This document shows positions 39,951 through 52,326 of a stretch of DNA of 64,000 nt, one piece after another. This stretch comes from the human T2T-CHM13v2.0 reference genome, Homo sapiens, in the NCBI RefSeq assembly GCF_009914755.1, contig NC_060946.1. One strand, given 5' to 3'. Both the position numbers and the translations under genes were made by a program. The notes below the pieces were generated by a model. That model did no database searches, had not been told where the DNA came from, and saw only the letters and a program-made list of their open reading frames with translations. Within the stretch, counting starts at the first letter, position 1. Each line of letters opens with the position of its first letter.

Positions 39951-42162
39951 CTCCTCTTTCAGACCCCAGGATACACCCTCCCCTCTTTTCCTTTCTTTCT
40001 CAGGCTGCCTACAGCCACACTTGTCCCTTTATAACCTCCTCTGCTAAACTGACTTGTGCCTCTGAGTCTTTTCACAAAGAGTGGCTTTTCCCTGACACAC
40101 TTTCCACACCTGCGCAGTTGTCATTCTGGTCACAACGTAATGTCAGCTCAGTGAGGTATTCATGTCCCCTGCAGGCAACCTCTCCCCAGCCCTCCCTCCA
40201 AACATTCTACTTTATTTCCATTATAAAATGCTCTTTTCTTTCGCATGTACTTGCTTTAGTGTTTTTGTCCTGCAGTCCTCGGGCTGTGGGCTCCCGCCGG
40301 GAGGCAGGGATAACATAATCGTTTTTGGTACCACATGGTGAACCTACCAAGGTAGCTGCCACAGGGTGAGTGCTAGGGGAAGAGCCGCTGAGTAAAATAA
40401 CATGGAAAATCACAAAGTCCTTCCTGCTTTCGGTCACCCAATAATGTGGAGATCAAGAATGATAACAGGAGCTGCAGGCCCTCAGCCTGTCTCTCCCCCG
40501 GCTCCAGCTACTCCAGTAAAGTCCAGCGGGCACAAGAAACACGTGGTCTGCCGCCACCTAGAGACCTCCACTAGCACTGAAGTCCCAGGTGGAAGCATCA
40601 CAAAACAGGTACCTGCATTGGGGAATTCTCAAGGCAGTGGCTCTTCAGGGACCCCTGGGAAAAGGAGCAGTATCTGAAGGCTCCAAGGGCCATAAAAGTG
40701 ACCTCGGAAGCCTCCCTTGATTCCTATTTTCCTCAGCCTCGTTGGGTGTGCTGTGCACTCATTAAACATTTTAACAGCATTCGGCGACATTATTTTCTTC
40801 CACTTCCGAATGAGGACCTCAAGGACAGCCCAAAAAACTAGTATTTTTTTCTGGGCCCCACACTCCAGAGCCCAGTGCATTGTCACATTCTGCTTTATTC
40901 CAAGTCCTCATCCGCCCAAGTCTCTAGGCCTCTCTCTTCTCTGAAGGACCTCTAGAAACTGAAAACCCTCTTCCCAGAGTCTCAAAGCATAGTGAGTTAC
41001 CAATGAAAAGCCAAGAGCAGCAGACACCTATGAGTATCTAGAATCCTTGGTATTATTCCTTCAGAGTACCCCTATTTATGAGGGAGAAAACAAAGGCTTT
41101 CTTTCCCGTAGCCTCTCTTTACATCACACGGGGTGGTGGGTGGAGGGCATAGCTCATTTTAGTTCCAGGTGCCCACAGAAGTGGGAGTCACAACCCCAGT
41201 CCTGTCCTCTTGAAACAGCTGGGAAGGTCCCCAGGCTTGGAAGAACCCAGGGAACCTGGAGGATCCTTCATCGCATGCTGTCAGCTCCTGGTCATGTAGC
41301 TGGGGGAGTGGATGCCTCTGCCTCATGGCAAAGCTGCATCTACTGTTTCTTCCCCTTTTGTCACTTCTTTGGTTTCCTCTTCCCTAACCTCACTTTAGAA
41401 TCTCCACTTTAGATCTCCACTTTAGAAGACTGTGTGTGTGTGTGTGTGTGTGATGTGTTTGTGTGTGCATGCCTGCACACCTACGTGACAACATTGAAGA
41501 GTAGAAAGCCCAGGTAGAAAGTAGAGCACAGGGTTTTCCAGGACTCAGGGGCTCTCATTTCCAAAGCAAACCTGATGGGTGGGGTGCATGCAAGGCCTAG
41601 GAAGCTGGATCCCTCCCTAATACTCTGTGCTCTGCCCAATTTCTGGGATCTGGACAAGTCTTTGCCTTTTTTGGGGGTCTCAGTCTTCCTGTTGTAAAAA
41701 GAAGAGTTGGCTACAAAACTGTATGAGCACATGCTCAGTGAAGACAGGGTGTCATACTCAATACCACAGAGAATATTGGGATGGGGAAAGTTTGGGCAGA
41801 CTTAGGTGTCCACGCGTGCTCAGGCCTCTGAACAGGGCCAATGCAGGCGAACATAAAGCATGGCACAGCCAGGTTTTCTTTCCAGGGCTACAGGATGAAA
41901 CAGTGCACCACAGAATCTGCTCTTGAGGTCGGTCCCGCAAGATTTTCCCACCTTCAACCAGCAACTGTTTGATGAATTTCATGTCCTGCGAAGCCCATAT
42001 TCACCCCCATTACAGTGAGGGGCACAGGGCACTACACCTGTAAAATAATGTCTTTTTCCTTTTTTTCTTTTCTTTTCTTTTTTTTTTTAACTGAGAGGAT
42101 GTTTCTTCTTTCTCTTTTTCTGTTTTGTTTGTTTTTTAACTAATTTTTAAGAGGTCTTCACA

Positions 42163-42490
42163 GGTCAGCTGTGGTAACTCGCACCTGTAATTTCAACACT
42201 TTGGGAGGATGAGGCAGGTGGATTATTTGAGGTCAGGAGTTCAAAACCAGCCTGGTGAACCTGGTGAAAATCCGTCTCTACTAAACTTACAAAAAAATTA
42301 GCGGGGAATGGTGGCCCAAGCCTGTAGCCCCAGCTACTCAGGAGGCTGAGACAGAAGAATTGCTGAAACTTGGGAGGCAGAGGTTGCAGTGAGCCGAGAT
42401 TGCACGACTGCACTCCAGACTGGGTGACAGAGTGAGTCTCTGTAAAAAAAAAAAAAAAAAAGAGAGAGAGAGAGAGGGAGAGAGAGAGTG
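42163..42490 (+). mobile_element. AluS with A-tail and (GA)n (mirror ~56350-56668)
   Basis: Full dimer. Confidence 0.92.
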
Positions 42491-42689
42491 CTCTTCATGG
42501 AAACATGAGCCCCTTTGTAATTTCATGTGTTGAAAATATTTATTCCAATTTTGCAATTTCTTTTCTTATTGTGGTGTTCTCTTTAAGTTTGGTTTAGATG
42601 TTATTAATGTTTCTCCCCAAATTGATTTATTGATTTCCATTTTCACAATACAATATTTTGGCAGAAATCTTGTGGAAACTGTCTAATCA

Positions 42690-44130
42690 GTTTAAAAATT
42701 TAAACACATATTAAAAAATCAAAGAACTGTAAAAACTGTCCTGAAGAATGACAAAGTTTGTGAGCTTACAATGCCATATATTCAGACTTAGATTAAAGCT
42801 ATAGTAATAAAAGCTATCTATGGTAGTAATGCAAAAATAGGCACAAAGAAAACTAGAAAAACTCGAGAGTCCAACTCAGACTCACACATTTAGACATTTT
42901 GTATATTACAAAACAGGCACAGAAGAGCAGTGGAGAGAAGACAGCATCTCGGTAATTAGCCTTGGGTCATCTGGTTATTTATGTGAGAAAGAAATAAACC
43001 TATCTTATATTGTTAACAAATTTCGAGACAAGTGGATTTTAAATTTTAAGGTGAAAATTGAAAACAATATTTCTAGTAGATAACATAGATAAGTATGTCC
43101 ATGACTTTGGCACAGGCCAAGATTTCTTGGGACACAAAATGCATAAATTATCAAGACAAAAATATGACAAATTGGACTTTATTAGAATTAAAACCTTCTC
43201 TTCATAAAAAAAAAATGCTTCAGGAGAGCTGAAAGGCAAGAACAAAGTGGAAATCAACATTTGTCATATATTGATCTGGCAAAAGCTTTTTATCTAGATT
43301 ATTAAGCTAAATCCCATCACTTAATAAACAAAGATGCATACATTGAACAAAATTGGCAAAGATATGACTAGGAGTTCCACATACAGAACCGAAGGGCCAA
43401 CAAGTAGATGAACATATCCACATTCTTATGCATCAGAACAATGCATATGAAAACTACAATTGAATACCACTATGCAATCATTAACATTTTTGAAAACTGA
43501 CAAAATTAAGTACTAGTGATGATGTCAAGCAACTGGAACTTTCTTATACCATTCTGTGTGCAAACTGTTATAACCACATTCAAAACCACTTGAGTAGTAA
43601 CTCCTTACATACACGATGTACATAAGCACACTCTAGAACCCAGCAACTCTGCTAGTAGGTATATACACCCAATAGAATTGCCAGCATATTTTCCAATGTA
43701 GTAAAGTGCTCGAAGTAGCATTATTTGGTACTTTTCCAAACTGAAAAAAACTCAAATGTGCATCAATAATAAAATAAATAACTAAAACAGCTACATATTC
43801 CTTTATAAGGGGACATTATACAGATATAAAATTAATTGGAGACATATTAAAATATACAAAAATCTAACAAATACAATTTAATTAGATTTAAAAGTCCTAT
43901 CCAGAGCAATCGGCCAATAAAAAAGAAAAAGGCATACAAATAGAAAAAGAAATTGAATTCTCTTTCTCCATTTGCAATATGAGTCACTACGTAGAGAATG
44001 CTAAAGCCTCTCCAAAACTACTTTTGGGGAAAACTTGAAAAGCCTCCTGAAACGGATAAGCAAGTAAAGTTTTAGGACACAAAACCAATGTACAAAAATC
44101 AGCAGCATTTCTATGCATCAACAACTTTGA
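42690..44130 (+). mobile_element. Ancient L1M fragments (mirror ~54690-56130)
   Basis: Late ORF2/3'UTR words (TATAAAGCT-like, CCCAGCAACTC..GGTATATACACCCAA). Confidence 0.65.
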
Positions 44131-45620
44131 ATTCCTGAACATCTTCTGGTTTTATTGCATTTTCAATTTTTTCCCTCCATTAACTATACATTTTTTCTTT
44201 TTTCAGCTAAACTAATTTATTCTTCTGTATAATTTCACCTTGTTAATAAACCCCAGGCCAAAAGGTGGGAATAAAGTATTTGTCTGCATCCTGTTTCCTC
44301 ATTTTGAAAACTAGTCTAGATGAAACCTATACTTGTTCTAGGGAGTTGGCATAGACAGCATTTATTTCCATTCTCTGCAGGGATGCCAGCCAGAAAGAGG
44401 GAGTTCCGCATTTTCACTTTGGTTAGACAGGACTCTGGATGGTTGTAGGGGAAAAGATCCAAACTCTAAGGGAGTCAAATCAGACATTGCAAAGATTTAT
44501 ACATTTACTCTGGGAGCAATTATTGTGTTAAATTTTGTGCAAAACACTGCGCAAAGAGCAATTAAAGTGAAAATTATTAAGGCATTACCTTTACCTTGGG
44601 AAACTCACACTAGTCAGATTCTCCGAACCCCAGAACATAACAACAACCTAGTAAAATCTTGTTCAGAGTGAAGAGAGGGTGGGAGCAGGAAGGTAAGGTT
44701 AAAAATTAGGCTGGGTGAATGAGATAATTACCCCTAGTCAAGCAGTGGAAGTATGGATGGCTTTGGGATGGGTGAAGACAAAAGAATCTCAGCAGAGGGT
44801 GCAGATAAAAAAAGGCAGAAACACAGGAGGCTTATGCAGGAAGAGGAATGAGTTTGCTGGACTGGGGAGAGTGACAGTAAAAAGCAGAGGATAATAGGCA
44901 TCTCTGGTCATCTAGGGACTATAGGGTGGATTAGTTGGGGGTTACAGAATCAGTGAGGTACTTTTTAACAGTAGGATGGGTAAATAAGAGCTATAATTTG
45001 GAATAATTATGTAGCAATGGTGGTTAGGAGCAATAGAAACTCAAAGTATTACATAAATATGTTTTTTTCTTATTCTCCCACACAAGCCTTTCACCTTCCC
45101 TCTTAAACTGAGAACGGAGTGGTTTGCTATGATGTTTTTAAATTCTCACAGGCAAGCATTACTCTGTGCTGCCTTTTAATAAAGGCTAATTTTAACCAAA
45201 TTAAAGAAGATTGAATGGATTTTCTTGCTCATAATGGTTGAGTACAACATCTCTTACCTTCTACTAGTTTTCAGTATAACTGAAGTAACAGAATGTCAAT
45301 ACTCCATGGAGGGGTGCTCCGCTTGCTAAGGCTCCCTCCTCTGGGCTAGGCCTTCTACACCATGGCTGTCCTGCTGTGGCTGGAGCTGGAATTTGGATTG
45401 ACCTCTGTGTGTCTTCCTAGCACACAACAGGTGTCCAATTAGCATGGGCAGAATCAAGCTCCTCCCTCTCACCATTTATTTCTCCATTTGTCCCTTGATG
45501 GGAATGGAGAGTCCTGCCACTGAGTTCAGCCCAGGGTTGAAGTTCAAATCTCAGCTGATACTTGGTGGATGTTGACTTTTTTGAGAAGAACTTGGGAGAA
45601 TAAAACATTATAAAGGCGCT

Positions 45621-45917
45621 GGCCAGGCACGGTGTCTCATGCCTGTATTCCTGGCATATTGATTGGCTGAGGAGATAGAATTGCTTGAGGCCAGGAATTT
45701 GATACCAGCCTTGTCAACATAGTGAGACCCCATTTATACAAAAAACTTGAAGCATTAAAAAAATTTAGCCAGGTGTGATAGTTCCAAACTTGTCTCAGCT
45801 ATGCTGGACATTGAGGCAGAGGATCACTTGAGCCAGGAGTTCTAGGCTACAGGGAGCTATGATCGTGCTGCTGAACTCCAACCAGGGCAACCACGCAAGA
45901 TGTTTCAAAAATAAAAT
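45621..45917 (+). mobile_element. AluJ (mirror 52903-53199, -)
   Basis: GGCCAGGCACGGTG ... GGATCACTTGAGCCAGGAG. Confidence 0.88.
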
Positions 45918-46420
45918 CTTTTATTATTCTTCACCCCTATAGTCTCTCCAGAACTTGTGCACTATGTAGCAGAAAGAATCAAACTCCCCAAGAGTTTGGT
46001 TCTTGCTTATGATTTGGTTTTCTGCTGCTTGGCTGCCCCGTCATGTCCCCATTTTGTATAAATAAGAACCCCCAGGTGAAGTGGAGTTTCTCCCCAGCAG
46101 AGGGTCTCACCAAGGCCCCAGGACTGGCACTTTAGGTGGAGGCTTGCCTTTCAACCTCTGAATAATAATTGATACTAAAATTGAGAAGTTTTCCAGACAC
46201 CAGCTTCCTGAAAGGAGCACTCAGTCGAGACAAGATGAGGTCAGTAGCGAAGGTGACTCAGGCTGAGTGGGCCGTACATTCCTCTACTTTTCCCAAACTT
46301 CCCTCTGACATCCTCCAAACTTTCTGTCTTCCCAGGACTTTCTTGCCAGGGGTCTAATGAAGTAAAAGCTTTAAAATTGCTTTGATTTTAAAAATAATTT
46401 TATTGGTTCTTAAAATGTAC

Positions 46421-46815
46421 TGTTAAATATTACTGTTTTTCTTCCCCCAGGGGCTACGTGAACATAAGCTCATTTTTCACACTAGCAGCATTTAGAAATG
46501 TCTCTTCTGGAGGAACACTGATGCTCTCAAATCACACGTGGTAATTCTCTCCTCCAGGCACAAAATGCAGTCTCAGCATCTCTGTATCAGGAGTCACTGT
46601 CTAAGAGTCTCTCCAGAGAAATAAGCTACCCAGGCCATCCAGCTGCTGGTGAGTTGCTTTGTGGTCATGAACTGGGTAGATTTCCTCATCTCTTGCTCAT
46701 TGGCCACATTCAGGATTAATGATTCAATGCTTTTGTTGTTCCAGAAGCTGTGGTCAGTGGCTATGCAGGAATCAGTCTTTCAGTGCTGATCTTTGCTGAG
46801 AAAATAATAGTATTG
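46421..46815 (+). pseudogene. Vomeronasal type-1 receptor (VN1R/V1R family) pseudogene, 3' half only (EC2-TM5-IC3-TM6-TM7)
   Basis: Translates YCFSSPRGYVNISSFFTLAAFRNV..LMLS/HVVILSSRHKMQSQHL..RVSPEK*ATQAIQLLVSCFVVMNWVD..QKL/VVSGYAGIS..VLIFAEKII; contains V1R motifs RH..Q.QH, SPE.RATQ.I.LLV..FV and GYA.ISP; in-frame TAA at ~46622 and two frameshifts. Confidence 0.9.
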
Positions 46816-49800
46816 TTCAAACAGTATATAGGATTTGCACTCAATATTTAATAATTTAGTGACAAAAACCTCTTAAATACACATTATACTGATATAAAAT
46901 AAGTTATTCATCTATTACCAAATTTATTCTTTTATTTAATATAACCCTTGGGATAACATTTTCTTTTATGCTTCCATAAATATGCTTCACATGGATATAT
47001 CACATATTGTGTATAATTTCACACAGTGTTAACATAGTTTCCATCTATTTAGATGTTTGCACATTTATTTTATCTCAATGTTTGTTCTCAGGAAGAGTAT
47101 TTTTCTTCATAAACTAAATTTTCAGCAAATTTTAAATGCATTTCACTGACATAATTATACTGTTTACATTGTATTTGTGTATTAAGTTACATTTTGTCCT
47201 TAAACCTGAAAATAACTTTTCAAATATATGTAATTTTAAATTTACATGTTTTTCCCTCAGAACTTTTAAAACCGTAACCTATTGGATTCTTGATCTTATT
47301 CACATATTGAGAAATGTGTTTCTTTTCATTGCTTTATAATTAATTTGAATTTTATCTTAGATAGCTTTACGTGATTTTCTCTATTATGGTATTATGCTTT
47401 TAACTATTGTTTTTCTTTTGATCAGAATGCCTTTAAGCTATTATAATTAATTATTTTAATAATTATATATTTTTATTCCCTATTTGACATTCACTCCATT
47501 TAATTTATTCAAACTTGCACTTAAACAACATGACTTATTCTAGATTTTTATGTATTTTAATTTTTCATATTGTTTATTTGTTTTATCCCTATTGGGACTT
47601 CTAAATATTCACTTCATCATATCTTCTAATTCATAATTTCTTTTTCAATTATGTAATTTTTCTATGTATTCTATCCTTTAAATTTAAAATTTTTACCTAA
47701 TTATTTTGATAATATACCTTATTTTGATCTTACTTTTAAACTTTTCCTCTAATATATTTAAACATTATAACTACTTATATTATTTCTACAGTATATATAC
47801 AATTTTGGGATTTATTAAGATGTAATGGTACAGCTGTGTTTTTCTTATAATTTTATTTCTTAATAACTTTGATCTTGATGACTTTTACTTTGTATATTTT
47901 AAAAAGAATAGTAGACTTCATTTTATTATAAATGACTGACCTCAATTGATGGGGCCATAGAAGATTCTGGGTCGAGGTATTTTATTCCAATGAAAAGTTA
48001 TCTGTAATGTTAATAATGCACCCTTTACAGACACCTGAAAATGATTAAGTCTATATATTTACCTAAATTGTCCTGAGTAAAACACATAGTGTACATATGA
48101 ACCAGAAACTCATATGATGATTGGTGTTAATTCCCAAATCAACCAAAGAGGAGAAATACCACCTCCACTAACTAACCTATTTTTCTAAACTTTTGAAAAT
48201 GTAAGGATTCTAGCTTTAGATAGCATAGTCAGATCCAAGTACTCCTGCATCTATGCTGCTGTGACATTATATTCACCAATCAGACATGTTAAATTCTAAC
48301 AAACTGTGCTTCCATTATTAGCAATTCCCACAGGTAGCATCAACTTCCAGCCTAATTTTTCTCCTACAGCTGTGCTTCTTTATCCTTTCCTGAAAAATTA
48401 TTTGTGGAGGTGCATGCCTTTGAAGTTTCTCAGCATATATTGTTATTTGAGGTTGAAAAGATAAGATTATCTAAATTTTTGCCAGAAACTCTGATACCCA
48501 CATTATATCTTTGAAAGCATTGGTTGTCACACTGCTGCTGACATGTGCATTTAGGAGAAGCATGTAAATGTCAGTGCATTGCAGTCTCTGAGGGGTTGAA
48601 ATAAACAATACCGGAAATCTTGGCCACTGAGGCTCACATGTAGATTTTCATTCCCAGTCCAGGCATCTAGATTCAGGGGCACCTAACTGAGGGGCTTTTG
48701 GTTGAGGCCTTCTTCAGAAACTTTTGTTCAGATCCCTGTTTCTGGAGAAGAAATGGAACTTTGATAATAATTTTCATACATTCCTATTAATATTCAATTC
48801 TCTTTAATCTTGCTCATACATTCTCCTCTACGCTCTCCTGCCCCCTTTTCCACAAAATTGCGGGCCTGTTTTTTATGAGGGTGCCACCTCGGCAGTGAGA
48901 CAGTGCCCCATGTTTGTGCTGATCCATCTGACCCTTTCCTGGTGCTTTTCCATGAGGAAAAAATGGAACAATTAGGAGTCGGTGCTTGATCTAATGTTGC
49001 CTGTTGTTTAACACAATCACAGAAAGGAAGACAAAAAGGCGTAACTATTTCTTTGATGTGGGCCTCTTGCTTTAATTTAAAACTCTGATATTAAGCAGGT
49101 TAGCTCTTCCCAGCTCAGCTCAGCTCTTGAAATTTCATGGAAGAAATTCTGTTTTTATTGGTCTAAATTTTGTGTCCTTTATATAGAAAAACGGTAATAA
49201 AATTGCATCGTATATTTAAAAATTGAATGCCTTCTGTTTTGCCATTTTACTGAAGAGAAAATTTGTGTAGCCTATTGGCATTATTAACAGTGAAGCTCCA
49301 AGTACTAATATTCAGAAAAAATAATGAATCAAAATCCAACTATTTCTCAGTAGCATTTTCTTTTTTATAAACTTTCTATTTTATTGTCTGTAATTAAAAA
49401 ACTTCTGTAGAAAAGAGTTTAAAATTTTCAAAGTTAATACAAAATTATTTTTAGAATTTCTTTTTGCATAATGTTTGTCGTAAGTAGCTAATATTAATAA
49501 ATTGTAATCATCAATTCTTATCTAAGCTGCACGTTAAAAAATATGTTAATATTTGCTGCTGCCTAAAATATAATACATATTTACATAATCTAAGCTACTA
49601 AAAATAGTAATAAACACACATATAAATAATCAACATACACAGGTCATTTTTTCTATTTCTTACTTATATTTTATGTTTCATATTTGTATCAGCACACTTT
49701 ATGTCCTACTATCATATATGGAAACTTGCCTATTTTGCATCTTGTTATATTAAATAATAAGACATATGCTTAGCTTCCCCTAGGTTAAATTTTTTACATA

Positions 49801-51934
49801 ATTGTTATTAATGTAAATAATCCAGAAATGAAAGTTTTTTAAAAAATTTCCAGTGCCCTCACTGTGCATGATATAATTCTATTTTTTAAAGTGTTAGTGC
49901 TGTTTGCATTATATAAAAGAATATTTTAGTGTATCAACTAACTACATACCTGAAAGCATGGCTTACTTTTTCATTAGTATATACTTTTGGTTGTACTCAG
50001 CTATTTTTCTAAAAGTGCTTGCAAATCAGTTCCAGGCCACAGGGCTTTGTCTTCAACAAAATAAGAATGTCTCAGAGACCCACAGAAATAACTGTGCCAA
50101 GTACTCCTATAAACAGGCTTCTGATAGAATGACTTATATAACTTTGAAACACTATCAGTGGACTAATTTATTTCTCTAATTCTAGCAGAGAAGCATATGT
50201 GCTTACAAGATAGAGTAAAACAAGTATGAGTAAAACAGGACTAAATGAACTGACGATGAATGATAATAGGTTTTGTTTGGAATGTGAACATAAAACATTC
50301 CTGCTATTATTTCCTTGGTATCTAAACATGAGCTAATGGGAGCCGTTGTTACATGTTGTACACCCTTAAGAAGGTTTACAGTTTTTTGTCTCACCTATAT
50401 TCGTAGTTGTCTGTATTTGTGGTTTAGAATCTCAGCTATTTTCATAGTTGTAGCTATATTTATAGTTGCATGCAATGAGTTGCATGGTTGCACTCAGTAG
50501 CCAGGGGATGGGCAGGGAGATGCAAACAATTCTTCAGAGTAAGTTATTATCTTCTGTTGCAGTGGAAGTTCTTGAGGCTTCATAGCTACCTGGCACTCAT
50601 CTCGTATGAGCTCCTTTGTGTTTCTGAAGCCTCTGGCATACACCGAGGGTGTGGGTTTGCCTGGAATGTAGCATCAACCTGTAGAGAACAGGATTTTCCA
50701 TGACCCAGTCATTGAATAAACTTGATATCTGCTTCTGCTGTTGAGAAAACATTATTTCTCCTTCAGGAATATCCACCCTCTTCATCAAGAACATCGTGTC
50801 ATTCTTCAGGGTCACAGAATGCTCTACAGCCTACTTCCTGGTGTCCACCAAGGAGGAGATTAGTTGCATCTGAATTGAAGGAAGATTCGAGAGGGGTCAC
50901 AGCTGCAGAATTCCAATCACGCTCAGTCTGACTGTGCTGATTTTAGAAAGACACATGGGGATCTGCCACAAGGAAGGCACTTTGCAGGGAGGCCTCAACC
51001 CCATGGCACACCCCTTCAGGAGGGCTCTTCTCCTTGTAACAGTCACTTAGCCACTTATAGAAAGGCAACTCTTAGAAAATTTAAATGGGGACCAAAATAC
51101 TAACCCTAACCAGTTTATTATCTCAAAGAATTGGAAAAACAAAGTTTTCAAATACTACAGGATTAGAAGAGTAAACAAGATATGCTTTTTCTTTGGAGCT
51201 ACATATATGTATTAAAAATGGGATGTACAAAGAATTTTTTATCACATGGAGAAGTGCTTATGAGATGATATACCATTAAACATATTAATGAAAGGCATAC
51301 ATTAAAAAGTATAACCAAACTTATACATTAGAGCCCAAAATTTAAAATGTGTAGAAAAATGATTGAGAGGAAATATGCCGAATTATAGGAATTGATGTGT
51401 TTCTTATAGGAAACAGGATCCTGTGAGAAATTAAATTGCTTTATTGATTCTCTTGTACTTTTATAGTTTCCAAAAGTTCTACAGAGAGTGTAATGTAGGA
51501 CCTTAGTCAGGAATAAACATCTCTTTAAATAAGCAGCAGAGAATTTCAAAGGAAGTGTGTGGTATGGGTTTACGTGTTTCTTTCAAGATCTAATATTTTC
51601 CACGTAGTGCTTCAGAAAAGACAAGGTAATTTCAACAACTTAACCCCATCATCAAGAGGGTGTTACTTAAGTACATTATGGGAGGTCATAGATAAACAAC
51701 CAGTCAGCCTCTAAGCATCAGAAAATCCGTGATGTCCATTGGCCTGAGAGATGGTCTGCATTTCTTTGAAGGAAAAAAGCAGGTTTTAAAACACTAGAAC
51801 CGAATCAAATCCTAAATTTGAATAGAAAGATTAGAAAGGCTTATGCATGGGAAAAAGATTCAGGGTATCCAATGGTTAATTCTGACTATTTCTGAGTAAT
51901 TTAAATTTACCTATAATTTAAAAAAAAAAATTAA

Positions 51935-52234
<300 letters not shown>

Positions 52235-52326
52235 TTAATTAGGAATCAAATAAGATAATTAAATGTAAACTTACACTTAATTTACTTTTTAAGCATTTTA
52301 AGAATTGGTATTCTAATTTTGTGTCG

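Larger units (their letters stand above)
34870..46420 (+). repeat. Left arm of large inverted repeat (visible part; probably extends further left)
   Basis: Reverse complement of 52327-64000; window end maps to ~34870; inner end ...TTCTTAAAATGTAC at 46420. Paired ORFs in the track (e.g. 45417-45608 with 53212-53403). Confidence 0.97.

Noticed and set aside
40402-45560. Faint resemblance of short stretches (LPAFGHPIM; QLRFE..G*) to barttin/BSND
   Set aside because: Only a few residues, on inconsistent strands and not collinear; needs tblastn.
45417-45608. Near-identical 63-aa ORF in both arms (also 53212-53403), and other paired ORFs
   Set aside because: Explained by the inverted duplication; no homology recognised.
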